A stretch of DNA of 64,000 nucleotides from Antedon mediterranea (lineage: Eukaryota; Animalia; Echinodermata). The translations under genes and the position numbers were made by a program. The DNA lies in contig NC_092679.1 in the NCBI RefSeq assembly GCF_964355755.1, positions 6,106,201 through 6,170,200 on the forward strand, written 5' to 3'. The notes below the pieces were generated by a model that was given only the letters and a program-made list of their open reading frames with translations, was not told the DNA's origin and ran no database searches. This document shows, piece after piece, positions 1-13,788 of the stretch (position 1 is its first letter; each line of letters opens with the position of its first letter).

Positions 1-2365
1 CATATCATAAAGATCATTTTTTATTATGTTAGGTAGAAAGTTCCATAATTTTGTAGATCTGTAGTTATATGGGCTATACTTGGTAAGAACACCTATAAAG
101 AATATTAGTACACTATTAGAATCTAAGTATTGTAGGCTTACTGTAGTAACATTTAATCATTTTAATGAAAAAATGTTATAAGAATTCTTAATAGATTTAC
201 TATAAAAACAAATGTTGACTACAGAAAGAAATAAATATATGAAAAATATTTTTAAAAAAGAATAAAAATCTAGAATTTTACAAATAAGAACAAATATACC
301 ATGATTAAACAATATCATTTCTATACCATAATTAAAAAGTGTACAGTTTAAAACGCTAAATTCATTCTTTCCATTTTGAAATGTTGGCTAGAATTATTAC
401 AATTTTATATTCAGAATATAGCAAAATAAATAATATATACTATTTTCTTTTAAAGTTTTCATCATGAATCTTCTTTTCATAAAAGCAGATTGCTTTTTAA
501 AAGTAACTGTAAAAAATTTGTGTTTCATTCTTTGATATATTTTAACAATACCCATAGTTTCTTTTTAACTTATTCTTCTCATTGATAAAATTTGGGCGAA
601 TTTGTGGAATTACCTGGCAATGATACTGTCGTCTGCTAATTTCAATGCCTCTTTGTTAAGTTGTTAATAGACATGGTTTGTTTGTAAAGCTTGCGGCAAG
701 TTAAAAACGATCTTCTCATATGCTCAATAAATTGTTCAAGGTGAAATTAGTATATTGGTTAAACATTGTTCCTTCTTATTAATAGAATTTGATTAAATTT
801 CTTTAAAAGAAACAAAACAAAGTACTGTAGAATAAATCGGCATTTTTTGTTGCTATTTTAAACGTTTTCTCCAATATTTATTGACTTCTGAAGTAAAAGA
901 AGATGTGTGCTGAATAACTATTCATTTCAATTGCATTCATATTCAAGAACAATAGCATATTATTTTTATCTTGCTTGAAAATACCTTTAGACTGGCATTG
1001 ACCCTTGACCTGCTACTGTACTTTACAGTTTTATCAGTACGATCAAGGCGAAAATATAATACATTTTGTAATCCTAAGAAAAGAACAAGAACATTTATTT
1101 AGAAGGTTCAGTTTTTATTGATAACAGAAATCAAATATAAGCTAGAAAAAAATTCCATGCGTAGATTCACCTGGATAAACCTAACAATATCATATTCTGG
1201 AAGAGAAAGGTAAAACTAAAAAATTCATTGAACACCCCTTTCTATAAATGGTTTAGTCCATGATTCAAATGAAAGCAGCTAAGCATTAGATATCTTGGAA
1301 AACATTGTACAGTTTCTTTTTTTTGGATAAAATATGAATATGTTTTAATAATGATAATTGAAATATACCATTAGTAATTATCATTTACATCCACAAACAA
1401 AATGCAAACAAATTTACAAGATTGCATAAAAGTGCAACTCCTTTGTCCCGCAAAATTGGGACTGACTTAATGGGATCATCATTAATAATCATTATTTTTA
1501 GCCACAGAGTTAATTACTTTAAACCGAGAAGTTCGTGAAATGATCACTCAAACTTGTCATGCTTCGTCGGCCAGCCGTAGAAAAAAAGTTATTGAAAATA
1601 AATCAATCTGGTTTTACATTGATGATGTTAATACATTTGAACTCCAGTGACCTTTCACTGATCCAAGACATACAGAATAAAACATGGTTAATCCTGTGTA
1701 CCCTGTGATGTGGTTTTTATAACTGGTGCATACCAATTTGTCCCTGAGCCAAAGTAACGTTTGTACTTTTAGCTGTTGTACGTGACATTATCTCCAGGTA
1801 TAGACAGTTACAACAAAAGGAGTTGCTGCAAAAATAGCTGTGTGAATTTCGTCTCTTTTGAATGATTATGAGTTCAATTCTACTGCTCTTCTTTTAACTT
1901 GAATTTTAAAGTATTTTAAATGTGTTTTAATACATTTATCTTACAAAGGAAGACAACTTTTTGTATTTTTATTTACAATGACAACGAATAAAGTTATTTT
2001 ATTTTATTATGTTTCTTCTTAACTTCAAAAGTGGAACTGTAACTTGCTGTTGCTTACATGTTTCTTTGTTTAAGTACTATCCAAGTGTCCCCATAAACTT
2101 TATTAAAAAGATTATTTAAAAAGCAATTTTCAATTCAACTTTATATCCGACAAACTGTCCATATGAAACATTATATATACAATAAAAGAAATACAAAGCA
2201 TAATGCGACAACTGTCATGAAGAGAGGACTAAGAATTATCTGTTGTCATGGTGCCTTTTTCCACTTAAAATACATTTTGGTATATTAAGTATTCATATAT
2301 GACAGTTTATAACATTCTATTTTTGCTTTTCATAATTCTGGAAAGAAATGTATTTTAATTACTTA

Positions 2366-3218
2366 CCGTATATTTCGGTGTATAAGTCGCACCTGTGTAT
2401 AAGACGCACCCCCAACTGAGAGTAAAATATCGGTATTTTTTATATCGTCGATGTATAAGACGCACCTTATATTTCATCAAAACAATGTTTTTTTAAATTG
2501 TAATCAATATTATTGTAATAATATATTTTGTTATATCTACAACGGCGTCCTTTATTTAGGTTTTTTCTTATCTAGGCTCGGCCGCGCCCAGCCTCAACAA
2601 GTTCTTTCTAACTTGTTATTCATGAGTTTCGCCGCAACATCGAGTGCATGACCGTGTGTTTAACACGCACGTGTGTGGGCTAGCCTCGCTCGATCATTTC
2701 GAGAGGGCGCACGTTTTCACGGACAATCGTATTCGATTAGTATCTATGTATCCGAGAAGTGTGTACGCTAGGTCCATGCTATAATCACCTGGAGAATATA
2801 CTAGTCGAATACCGTACACCATGTGCCACCAAAAGAAGGGCTTGCGCTTGGGGTACGGCGATCGTGCGTATAACTACTGTATAAATAAATACTATTCCAA
2901 TCGTACGACGTAAACGTTTACAAATGATATTTTATCGGAGCGCCATAATGAACAAATCTTTTCATCATATTTAGTATAACATCATGCTAAAATGACTTGA
3001 AAACTAGGCCTAGGCAGAAGCAGGTTGCCGTTACGTTAGTTAGTTACTGTAGCTACAGTAGGCCTAGCCTACTCAGGCCTAGAAAACGAGGTGACGATAG
3101 CCTAGGCCTATGTACAATCTGTGTGGTGAGGCATTTATGTTCGGTGTATAAGACGCACCCTTAATTTAGAGATCAAATTTGCGTGTCAAAAGTGCGACTT
3201 ATACACCGAAATATACGG
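2366..3218. mobile_element. Non-autonomous pogo/Tc2-like (Tc1/mariner superfamily) MITE, ~850 bp
   Basis: TIRs CCGTATATTTCGGTGTATAAGTCGCAC ... GTGCGACTTATACACCGAAATATACGG, TA on both flanks, internal repeats of GTGTATAAGACGCACC; no ORF. Confidence 0.9.
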
Positions 3219-6200
3219 TAATTGAAATTAATGACAAAATGATAAATTTGTTGGTTTCAGTTAAATTTTGATAATCTTTTTGGCTTCTAAAGTGGTAAAA
3301 TCTTCACACTCTCTCACTCTTTGTTGGGATATTCCCACTTGAGGGCAGGGTTCATGGAATGTACCATTATCTGACAGGGGTGTTTTAAAATTTGTTTATA
3401 TATTCGAGTTGTAGCTCTCTTCTCGAAGAGAATAGGCCAATGTCGGTTTATCCAGATAAGCTAGCATTTATAGACTACCAGCACCACTGTTGGTTTGGTT
3501 TGTGTATTTTAAAAATTCTCACCCTATACAGTAGATATAATACCCTTTTACACTAACTTCATCCCCATTATCTTACCAAGCTATTATTAGTAACCTTTTC
3601 AATAGTTGTGTTCATAAATGCTGAAACTAATTTCTGTTTCAGCTGTTGCACACATTAGATGTGCTACTCAATCAAGGAAATACAATTCGCAAATTAAACA
3701 AATTCATACAGTGAATATAAATATTAATAAATCAATACATTTCTTTGAATATATCTAATTATTATGTTACCAAAATATGAATTCAGACAATTTTGTAATT
3801 TGTCTATCCATAGGTACGCAACAAAAATGAAGTTGAAATTAATGAGATTTTGTAGTAAATGACTTAAACAAAATTAATGAAAACAAATTTTCAATTAAAA
3901 AGCAAAATTTATAAAGACCTGACCCTTTTTTGGAAATTTTAGATTTAGAATTGTGTTTCTGATTTTCATTTTGAAGAAATTCTTTTAAACAGATATGATT
4001 TTTAGCCATTTATTTGACTACAAGAATTTAAATTGTTTATTTAATAATACATTGATCTTGTAGGGATTTTATTTTATATTTAATTGAATTATTATTAACT
4101 TTATGTCTGTAATCCATCATAAGATTACTTCTATAGTTAAAATATAATTTATACCGATTGAATATACTGTAATTTAATAAATAAATATAAATTTATTCTG
4201 AAAATCTTTTTAATTAATTCAGAAATATCCTGGCATCAATCATACTTATCTGTCATTTTTAATCCCAAATGATGAAACGAGACAGATTTATTATTTTTGA
4301 ACATAACAAGTAAATAGTGAATATAATATAGTGCATTGTACATGATGTAGGCAAACATGGTCTAGTTCAAAGCTCACAATGCTTGGCCTTGTCTACAATA
4401 ATACTAGACTACTACAATACAAAAATACAGGCTGACATGTTCTGGAATGATGGTCTTTGTTTGATGTATGGGAAACAAGTCAATATTTTTATAAAAGGGG
4501 AAATTCTGATAGACGTTTTGAAAAATCTTTGCTAAAGATGTTACTTAAATAACTTAAAACCTTAACAATATTGTTTCCAGAATATTATTTCTAGAATACT
4601 ATTTCTATAATGTAGCCCATAGATTTAGTATTTCACTAGTCTAGGGTTAGACTGACTTTTAGGGATTTTGTTACTTTTTTTTGTTTCCTGCTTCTTTGCT
4701 TTGTAATTGTTTATGATGCTTTTAAATTGGAATAATAATAATAATATTTATTCGACAAAAGTTCTTAAGAGTATGTTTTACATTTCATCTTGCCAGGAGC
4801 AAGTAATAGGCATGAGCCCAAACAGAAAACTGCTCTTAGTCCATCATTACTTATAAAATACTTAGTCCATCATTACTTATAAAATACAAAAAATAAAAAA
4901 CTAAGTAGTACAAATAATTAAAAACAAAACAAAGTTATAATGGGATACACCAATTAGGAATTAGCTGCATTAAATAAACAATTACAATTTAATATTTTGA
5001 GATCAAATGTTTGGTGAGTTAAGAATTAGAATTAGACAAGTTAAACAAGAAAAAAAAAGCAAGCAAGAATTTATAACTAATATAAGATAAAGTTTAAAAC
5101 AAAGAGGAAACAAAAACTGATCTGTTGAAAATACAGTATGTACTGGTTCTTAAAAAAATGTACTATAATGTGTAAGGATAATATTACTTTCACCTCTGCT
5201 CTAGAACTTTGTGGTTATGTAAATTTTAACACTTCCAAAAAGGACTTCAACCCCAATTATGTCGGTGGTTTTAGATGCTGTTAGACAAAGAACGCTTACG
5301 ATAGACTATAATATTTTTACTTATAAATATCTACATAATTTTGTTATTAAACAATGCAAGTTAATGATTATTAACTTTGGAATATAAATGTACATTTTAA
5401 AGTTTATATATTTTTATTGTTATTAATATGATATTATTAATGAGTGCGGCGTCGATCTTCCATTTTGGCATAGGACACTAGACTACACAGCTATGTACTA
5501 AGTGAACTCAGAACCTCATACGGTGGGTGTTAAAGATGCTGCATAGACTATCATCTAAACAATAGCTGTATGACTTCCAATCCAACACTTTTGAACTACT
5601 AAACTTTCTCCGATATTTTTTAAACAGTGGGTTTAGTAAAAGGAAAAAACAAATTATAAATTTATATTTATTATAATAGTTCTCTCCATTACTTAATCTT
5701 GCTTTTTAATTTAGAAAACAAATTAAATTTTTAAAAAAATGTTGAGTGATCAGTTATGTGCTATGGTATGGGCCTGTTGCCATCCGGAGACATGATACTG
5801 CAGGATGTTTATTGTCACTAGACATGATACAGTACAAGAATCGGCTGGTGACAAAAACAAAGATTATTGAAAGACGTGAAATTAAAGTCATTTACAGTGA
5901 AAAGGCTCTCATTGTAGTCTGTATGATTCGTAATGGCCTTTTTTGGTTGATTGCCTCCAGGTATACATTGTCACCACTTAAGTCTCTGAAGTCATTGACT
6001 TAAAAATCACACTGGTTATTGTAAGTTTGTACGGCTGTTACAGAAAAATGATTTTTGTAAACATTTTATGTTTTTAAGGGAAAAAAGAGAGTGGATTGAT
6101 GTTAAAATCAAAAGATGTAAATTGGCCAAATATTTAAATGACTGACGTAATTGTACTTTGAGTACATTTGAGAATACTTGCAAACAAATTTGCATGTAAT

Positions 6201-6317
6201 TCTCAAGTGAGAATCGAACCAACAACCTCAAAATCACTTGCATGGTGTTCACATACCTACCGTAGACCACAGAGTATGCATGTTATAGATATTGTTTTGA
6301 TTACACATTTCTTATTA

Positions 6318-6985
6318 TGAGTAGAGTACAGAGTACATGAGTAGAGTACATGAGTAGAGTACAGAGTACATGAGTAGAGTACAGAGTACATGAGTAGAGT
6401 ACAGAGTACATGAGTAGAGTACATGAGTAGCGTGCAGAGTACATGAGTAGCGTGCAGAGTACATGAGTAGCGTGCAGAGTACATGAGTAGAGTGCAGAGT
6501 ACATGAGTAGAGTGCAGAGTACATGAGTAGAGTGCAGAGTACATGAGTAGAGTGCAGAGTACATGAGTAGAGTGCAGAGTACATGAGTAGAGTGCAGAGT
6601 ACATGAGTAGAGTGCAGAGTACATGAGTAGAGTGCAGAGTACATGAGTAGAGTGCAGAGTACATGAGTAGAGTGCAGAGTACATGAGTAGAGTGCAGAGT
6701 ACATGAGTGCAGAGTACATGAGTGCAGAGTACATGAGTACATGAGTACATGAGTGCAGAGTACATGAGTACATGAGTGCAGAGTACATGAGTGCAGAATA
6801 CATGAGTACATGAGTGCAGAGTACATGAGTGCAGAGTACATGAGTACATGAGTGCAGAGTACATGAGTAGAGTGCAGAGTACATGAGTAGAGTGCAGAGT
6901 ACATGAGTAGAGTGCAGAGTACATGAGTAGAGTGCAGAGTACATGAGTAGAGTGCAGAGTACATGAGTAGAGTGCAGAGTACATA
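6318..6985. repeat. Minisatellite, main unit 20 bp (GAGTACATGAGTAGAGTGCA) with shorter modular variants
   Basis: Direct tandem repetition; explains the three repetitive minus-strand ORFs at 6257-7025. Confidence 0.95.
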
Positions 6986-9887
6986 CATGAATACACATGA
7001 GATACCAAACAGTGCATACATTCACTTATGTCTTTGACACAGGTTTAATGTACTTGCATAAGATGAGTCAATCTTGTGACTCATGTCATACATTATGGTA
7101 ATCAATTGGATCTTCTTAGTATGTTCTCAAATCCTATTGTATCTTAGACGACAGAAAAAACATGGTGTAAAATTTATTGATTTTTACTAAGGATTAGATG
7201 ATAAAAGTAAAAGGAATGAATACCTAAAACTAATTCAATGTTAGTGAGCCAACCAACACACCAGTAAAACCAAGATTGGATATGTGGGTTTGCTAATTGG
7301 TTTGATTAATTAGATTATATTTACTAAAGTATATTGTTTACCTTGCTTTTTCGCCATTATAGTATGCCTACTTACAGTAAAAAAAAATTTTTATTTGTAG
7401 GCCTATTGGTTATTTTGAAGATGTGTATTTGTATTTTTAAGTTTTTCACCGATTTTTAAAATCTAAATAAATAAAATGGAATTTTCAACTGAATTTCAAT
7501 TAACATTTCTTAGTATTAATGAACTAACAATTTATGTAGACAGACGCAAGTAGATATGCCTGTTTAATCAGAGCTCATTGATTAAAGCCGGCAAGTTAAG
7601 TTTGAGTGATAACATTAACCAGTTAAGTAACGCCAATATGAGATTTAATCAATCATTATGACCAAAGGGAAGACATTGATTGAAATATGCTTGACTAGCC
7701 ACTAAGAAATACTGAATAGAATTAATCGTTTGGCTACATTACAGAGAAAAACAAATTCAAGTTGGTAAAATCAATAGGGAATATCAGGGATGGAAAATGT
7801 CGGATACAATTTTGTACTATAAAATTAAATGGTAAAATAATGTGTAGTTGAAATACAACAGTCAAAAGTGGGTCACCAAGTTGTAATTATTAAATTAACA
7901 TATTTTTATAAATTGCGGAAATAATCTGTAAGTATTAGTCTCCGAAGATTGGTTTTTCCTGTAGGAAATCATTAAACTTTTCAATGAGGATTGCTAAGTT
8001 TTAATTTAACATGTGTGGTGTATTGTAAGAAAATAAGAAGCACACTTAAAATAAGTGTAATTTAGATTTAAAAAAACATTTTTCTTAAATTTTCAAGGGT
8101 GTTGAATACATTACGGTTATAATAATTCTTTATTATAGAGTGTTGGTATTGTTTGGCCTTCCTGTACTTAATTGTGGATCCACCCCTCAGCCTATTGTTG
8201 GATGATTATAATGCTCATTGTTGTGTCACTTTTGAAACTGGTATGACATTTTAAATAGTGTTCTGTTCACATGAGGTCAAATATAATGGAAAGCGGTCAA
8301 ACCCAGACAGAGATTTATAGGTTTTTAATATGCCTTTAAACTTCCTAGCAGCATTAATGCTTTAGATACCTATTTATCTGCTTCCCATTTATGTTTTGAT
8401 AAATTAGACACAAATGGAAAGTCTATTTCGTGCATAGCTTAGATAAACTGACAATAGCCCTTTCTCCTCGAAGAGTGAGATATACCTCGAAAAGTAGAAA
8501 TTTTCATTTGAACACCCCTCTCCACAGGTGTATGTGTTGTACACACCTGTGTACAATTCAGCCGAGTAGGTTGCACAAAACTTGTTAATTTAACATTATT
8601 AGCCAAATATTGTGGAGGCTGCACTGCACATCCATACCTGAATCCTATTCCATATTACATATTACATTTACTAATATGATATAATGTATAGTACCCATTT
8701 CTATTTTTAGAAAACATATTTCAAATTTGTTCACCCTTCAAATTATAATTACAGTCTTATTGTGAAATCCATGGGTGCTTTGATTAAAGTTATTTGTAAT
8801 GAAAGCCATAATGAAACTGCCTTGTTGATGGTATACTGACAAATCACCAGAAAAGCCTTTGAAAGCATATAGATCCAAGGGTTTTGAAACTTCTTATATA
8901 GGTTGAATGTTTTTACTTTAAAAATGAAATGTCTAGCATCAGTGTGTTTGATAATCTACAGTAGAAGAAGGATGTCAAACAAGTTAAAGTTCTCTTGAAA
9001 TGCATTCAATAGTAGGCTACTTGTACTTGTTGGGTTAAAACACTTCTGGTGAATGGTAGGTGAAAATTTGGCAAAAAGCTCTATAATAGTAAACATAGAC
9101 TTGGTAGAAGAACATTGAGCTTGTAACCTCATCCACCTCTGTCCTCCAGCAAAACTACATTTGGACCTGGACTTGACCCCAAACATTCAAATATAGATTA
9201 GAGATTCCCTACAGTATTTTAAAATTTGGATCTGCCTCTACACACAGTTTTAAAGCCTGGTTTTCTTTAGAACAGTGCTTGGTATTAGTGACCAAAGTAC
9301 AAATATTTGATTTTCCCATGTGTATTTCAACATCATTACTTGTGTTGTGGCTCACAAAACATAGTTCCACTCATATGTTGAAATTAACACCTATGCTCTA
9401 CCAACTCAGACATTCCCAACGGCGTTTATGTCATTTTCACATGCCTCAACATATTCAACCTAGAAGAGAAATGCAACAGTAATACCCATTGATTGATATG
9501 TCTGCCTCGGCCTTGTTTTTTACTTCAAAACAAAATTAAGTTCTTGATCTTAGATCTATTCTTCATACGAAATTATTTTATTTATTATATGGTACATTTA
9601 ATGGTACACTATAAGGAGGCATTTATCTTATAAGAATATTTGTCTGAAATTCCTGAATAAATGATGACTGTATTTGCTGTGGTTCCAAAATTTAAAAAAT
9701 GAGGAGGGCATCAGCTGATAAATTAACCCTTGACCTTTTTGCAAATTGTCATCCTCCTTGTTAATACTAAACATTCTTATTTAATTGGCATCTTACTTCA
9801 TCAATTATGCAAATTTAAAACCGATGACTCATAATGTAAGTCAAACTACTACATTCTATGTTTCATATTCAATATTTGATAATATTA

Positions 9888-10557
9888 CCGTAATGACGCG
9901 GGTATAAGCCCATACTCGGGTATAAACCCACCCCCGACTTTTGACTAATTTTCATGAAAAATGAGGCACTCGGGTATAAGCCCACCCATTAATTCGAAGA
10001 TCTACAGTGTGTGTCGTAATACATTATTTTGTATTTGGCGAAGTCCATACACAGAATACACCTACCTTTGATCATAACCAAGCTAGGCTAATATACGCTA
10101 GGCCATATGAGGCCTAGCGGTCCTGTTTTGTTTACACTCTATCGCGGTCGAAGATCGCTTCACACACGACGCTACAAGTCGCCAAAACGGAAAACCACTA
10201 TTTGGTATCGGCTGCCATAAACAAGCTTATTAAATTTCTTTGGTACATTTCTATTTAACGAACATTGTATACTTGGTTTTCTGCTTGATAAATTCTTTTC
10301 GTTCAATTGATGTTTAAAATAAGATATTCTACGATAAATTACACGAACTATAAGCTTAATTTTCTGACACTCTACACCTTGTGTATTTAGAGGCAACGTT
10401 GTACACGTGAGGGCGCTCCCTCGCATGGTGGAATACACAGTGTATATGTGCTGTTTTTGACGATCTGCATTTTTGGATCCTCGGGTATAAGCCCATCCCC
10501 CAAACTTGACGTGATTTCATGTTCAAGGGGGGTGGGCTTATACCCGCGTCAGTACGG
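9888..10557. mobile_element. pogo/Tc2-like MITE, family B, complete copy (670 bp)
   Basis: TIRs CCGTAATGACGCGGGTATAAGCCCA ... TGGGCTTATACCCGCGTCAGTACGG, TA flanks; second copy at 24791-25411. Confidence 0.9.
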
Positions 10558-11818
10558 TACTATTATTTTACATACTGCATAGTATTTTCATTGCATTTGT
10601 AGTACATCATGTGACTGAAATAAGATGGTATTTTTGTAAAATAGTAATGGCTGAGTGTCCAGTCAAAGAATGTTAAATCTACTCTGGTCCAGTCAATCTC
10701 ATTCCTGTAAACATTGTTCTAATTTCCAAATTGTTCTGGCTGTTTTCGTTTATCATTTTTGATTTAGCTTTCTGACAAAAACAATATCACCATACAGTAA
10801 GACATTTACTGAGCTCACTATCTATTTTCATTACTACTGGTGGTAAAGATTTTGACATAGTACAGTTGAACACACTAAAAATAGTCGGAAAACTACTCTT
10901 AATTCTATATGTATATGTTATATTTCTTTTTCTAACCATTCACACAACCTTGTTTTGCAAAGCTAACCAAATCTAAATTGGATTGCAATATGAATCCAAG
11001 TATTTCAGGTAATGATCCCAACCCTAAAATATACATATAATTGTTTAAAACTAAGAATGCCAAAGCATTTTTAGTGGAGGTAGACAGTGATGACAGCCAG
11101 AGATAACTATGATAATATTACAGTATAAATAATAAGGCTAAGATGATATCTAATAACAATAGATGACTAATCCTTATAAGAGTATCAATTGAAAGTCTTT
11201 GTGTTTTCTTGTTTAATAAATATGGTGAGCAAGCCACCTTAATTAGCTCCCACATGTCATACTGTAGGTCTACACAATCCTTCCCTTATTTTCAATATTA
11301 TCAGCTGTTCGTGTTAGATCACTAAGACCTGTTATTTGCAAGACGTAATAATGTATGCACCATGTTTGTTAATACTTCAAACTGTTTGCTCTGTCCAGTA
11401 TTGGTACTTTGTCCAGTCATGTATTGTCCAATTTTAATTATCGTTTTTGTGGTAAGAAGGTTATATTGTGTTCTATTATACTTCATACAACACATTGAAC
11501 CGGCATTAGATGCTGACTGGAGCCACTACAGTAGTAAGATTGGTAAGGTTTCACTTTTTCAGAGAGGCCTTTAACAACCCATTGACTTCAACAGAGATTG
11601 TTCCATTTTCTTGTGAAAACAGCACCACTTTATTTCTTGTGGCTACATCAATAAGCCATCCATTTTTTAATAAGAAATCCAAGTCTAAAATGGTTTCTGA
11701 GGAAATATTGACCCGCAAAAAAAAAAACAAGCTCCCCAATCATTACAGTGTACATTTACTAGCTTAGACTCATATGTAACATGTTGTTAAAAGAATGCAG
11801 TTAATGTATGTTTAATAA

Positions 11819-11997
11819 AGCTTGGTTCCCACTAGAACGTAACGCAAGGACGTAAACGCAACGCAAGCATTTTAACCAATGACAAGCGAAGTTATAGACA
11901 GTTAGCAATCACAAGCGAATAAGCCATCGCTTGTGATTGGTCAATTCACTTGCGTTGCGTTACGTCCTTGCGTTGCGTCGCTAGTGGGAACCACGCT
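11819..11997. mobile_element. PIF/Harbinger-type MITE family H1 (179 bp)
   Basis: TIRs AGCTTGGTTCCCACTAG ... CTAGTGGGAACCACGCT, TAA duplication on both sides; near-identical 179-bp copies at 47510, 48104 and 48352. Confidence 0.9.
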
Positions 11998-12466
11998 TAA
12001 GTATTACTAAGCTGCTTTGATGCTTCTGTAATCACTTTATAAAAGTTAGTAGTTTGAAACCTATTTGTGAAAACCTACCAGCTACTTCTTTTGTCTTATC
12101 AAACACGAATCTCACTCAAATAGAAGAATGTTTTTGTTTTCTTTTTGTGAGTAGATTGACCGATTAGATTAAAAAGGATTTAGTATTTTAGACGCTAATC
12201 TCTTACCTCTGATGTCTTTGTTATCTTTAGTTTAACAATTGAATCGGTTGATAAAAGAAATGTTTGTTGGTTGAATATGTTTAATTAGGGTGATTCATTT
12301 AAATTTCATGGTCTGGTAAAATTGCGTTAAAAGTATTGCCATAGACATTTAAATCTCACAAATATAAACCGTGATTCAATTAACATTCTATACCTATTAC
12401 ATAATGGAACAAACGATGTTAGACTTAAGACCAATTCACACAGTCGAGCATTAACGGTAAATGGTA

Positions 12467-13340
12467 TTATTATAACTAGCTCAACGTCTAGCATACAGTA
12501 CGTGTAGGTGTTATTATAACTAGCTCAACGTCTAGCATACAGTACGTGTAGGTGTTATTATTACCAGCTCAACGTCTAGCATACAGTACGTGTAGGTGTT
12601 ATTATAACCAGCTCAACGTCTAGCATACAGTACGTGTAGGTGTTATTATAACTAGCTCAACGTCTAGCATACAGTGCGTGTAGGTGTTATTATAACTAGC
12701 TCAACGTCTAGCATACAGTACGTGTAGGTGTTATTATAACTAGCTCAACGTCTAGCATACAGTACGTGTAGGTGTTATTATAACTAGCTCAACGTCTAGC
12801 ATACAGTTCGTGTAGGTGTTATTATAACTAGCTCAACGTCTAGCATACAGTACGTGTAGGTGTTATTATAACTAGCTCAACGTCTAGCATACAGTACGTG
12901 TAGGTGTTATTATAACTAGCTCAACGTCTAGCATACAGTACGTGTAGGTGTCACTGTGACATGACAGTAAATGATCATGTCTATTTTGTGCCTAGCTTAC
13001 TGGATAAACCGACAAATGCCTTAATTATTATTATAACTAGCTCAACGTCTAGCATACAGTACGTGTAGGTGTTATTATAACCAGCTCAACGTCTAGCATA
13101 CAGTACGTGTATTTATAACTAGCTCAACGTCTAGCATACAGTACGTGTAGGTGTTATTATAACTAGCTCAACGTCTAGCATACAGTACGTGTAGGTGTTA
13201 TTATAACTAGCTCAACGTCTAGCATACAGTACGTGTAGGTGTTATTATAACTAGCTCAACGTCTAGCATACAGTACGTGTAGGTGTCACTGTGACATGAC
13301 AGTAAATGATCATGTCTATTTCGTGCCTAGCTTACCTGGA
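12467..13340. repeat. 44-bp minisatellite in two arrays (~11 and ~6 units), each followed by the same ~75-bp unique tail
   Basis: Unit TTATTATAACTAGCTCAACGTCTAGCATACAGTACGTGTAGGTG; tail TCACTGTGACATGACAG...GCCTTAATT at ~12951 and ~13286. Confidence 0.95.
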
Positions 13341-13788
13341 TAAACCGACAAATGCCTTAATTCTCCTTGAAGATCAAATACTGTATACTCGAAAAGTAGA
13401 AAATTCATTAAACACCCCTCTCCTCTCTCTTATAATTAATAATAAAATCAACATTTAAAAAGTTTCTAAAAGTAAATCTCATCTATTTTAGAATATTTGG
13501 TCTTTATAATATTGAGAAAATGTTTAGTAAAACTGTTTTTGACAATCATACTACTGTACGTAAGCTTGTATCTTAATCTAACAATGACCTTATTATCAAT
13601 AAAGAATTGTATTTATTATGGACTCTTAATATTAGCAGCTGTTTAATAGTTGAAGTTTAATCGGATCTTTAATTCAATCTTTCTCTCATTCAAAACAGGC
13701 TGTTTTGTACCCTGCTACTAATCTTATTGTCCTGGTATTATTCCGTTCACATTCTTAGATTATGATTAAAGTGCATTAATTTAACTTT

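Noticed and set aside
6257-7025. Three 236-254-aa minus-strand ORFs
   Set aside because: Translations of a minisatellite, open in all three frames, with no splice or domain evidence
10172-10438. Similar small ORFs here and at 25001-25351 (also the pairs 31546/49860 and 36332/48494/49407)
   Set aside because: The similarity comes from shared MITE sequence; frames are not conserved and there are no transposase motifs
12467-13285. CRISPR-like regular repeats (also 17950-18850)
   Set aside because: Units are contiguous with no unique spacers, there are no cas genes, and the context is eukaryotic
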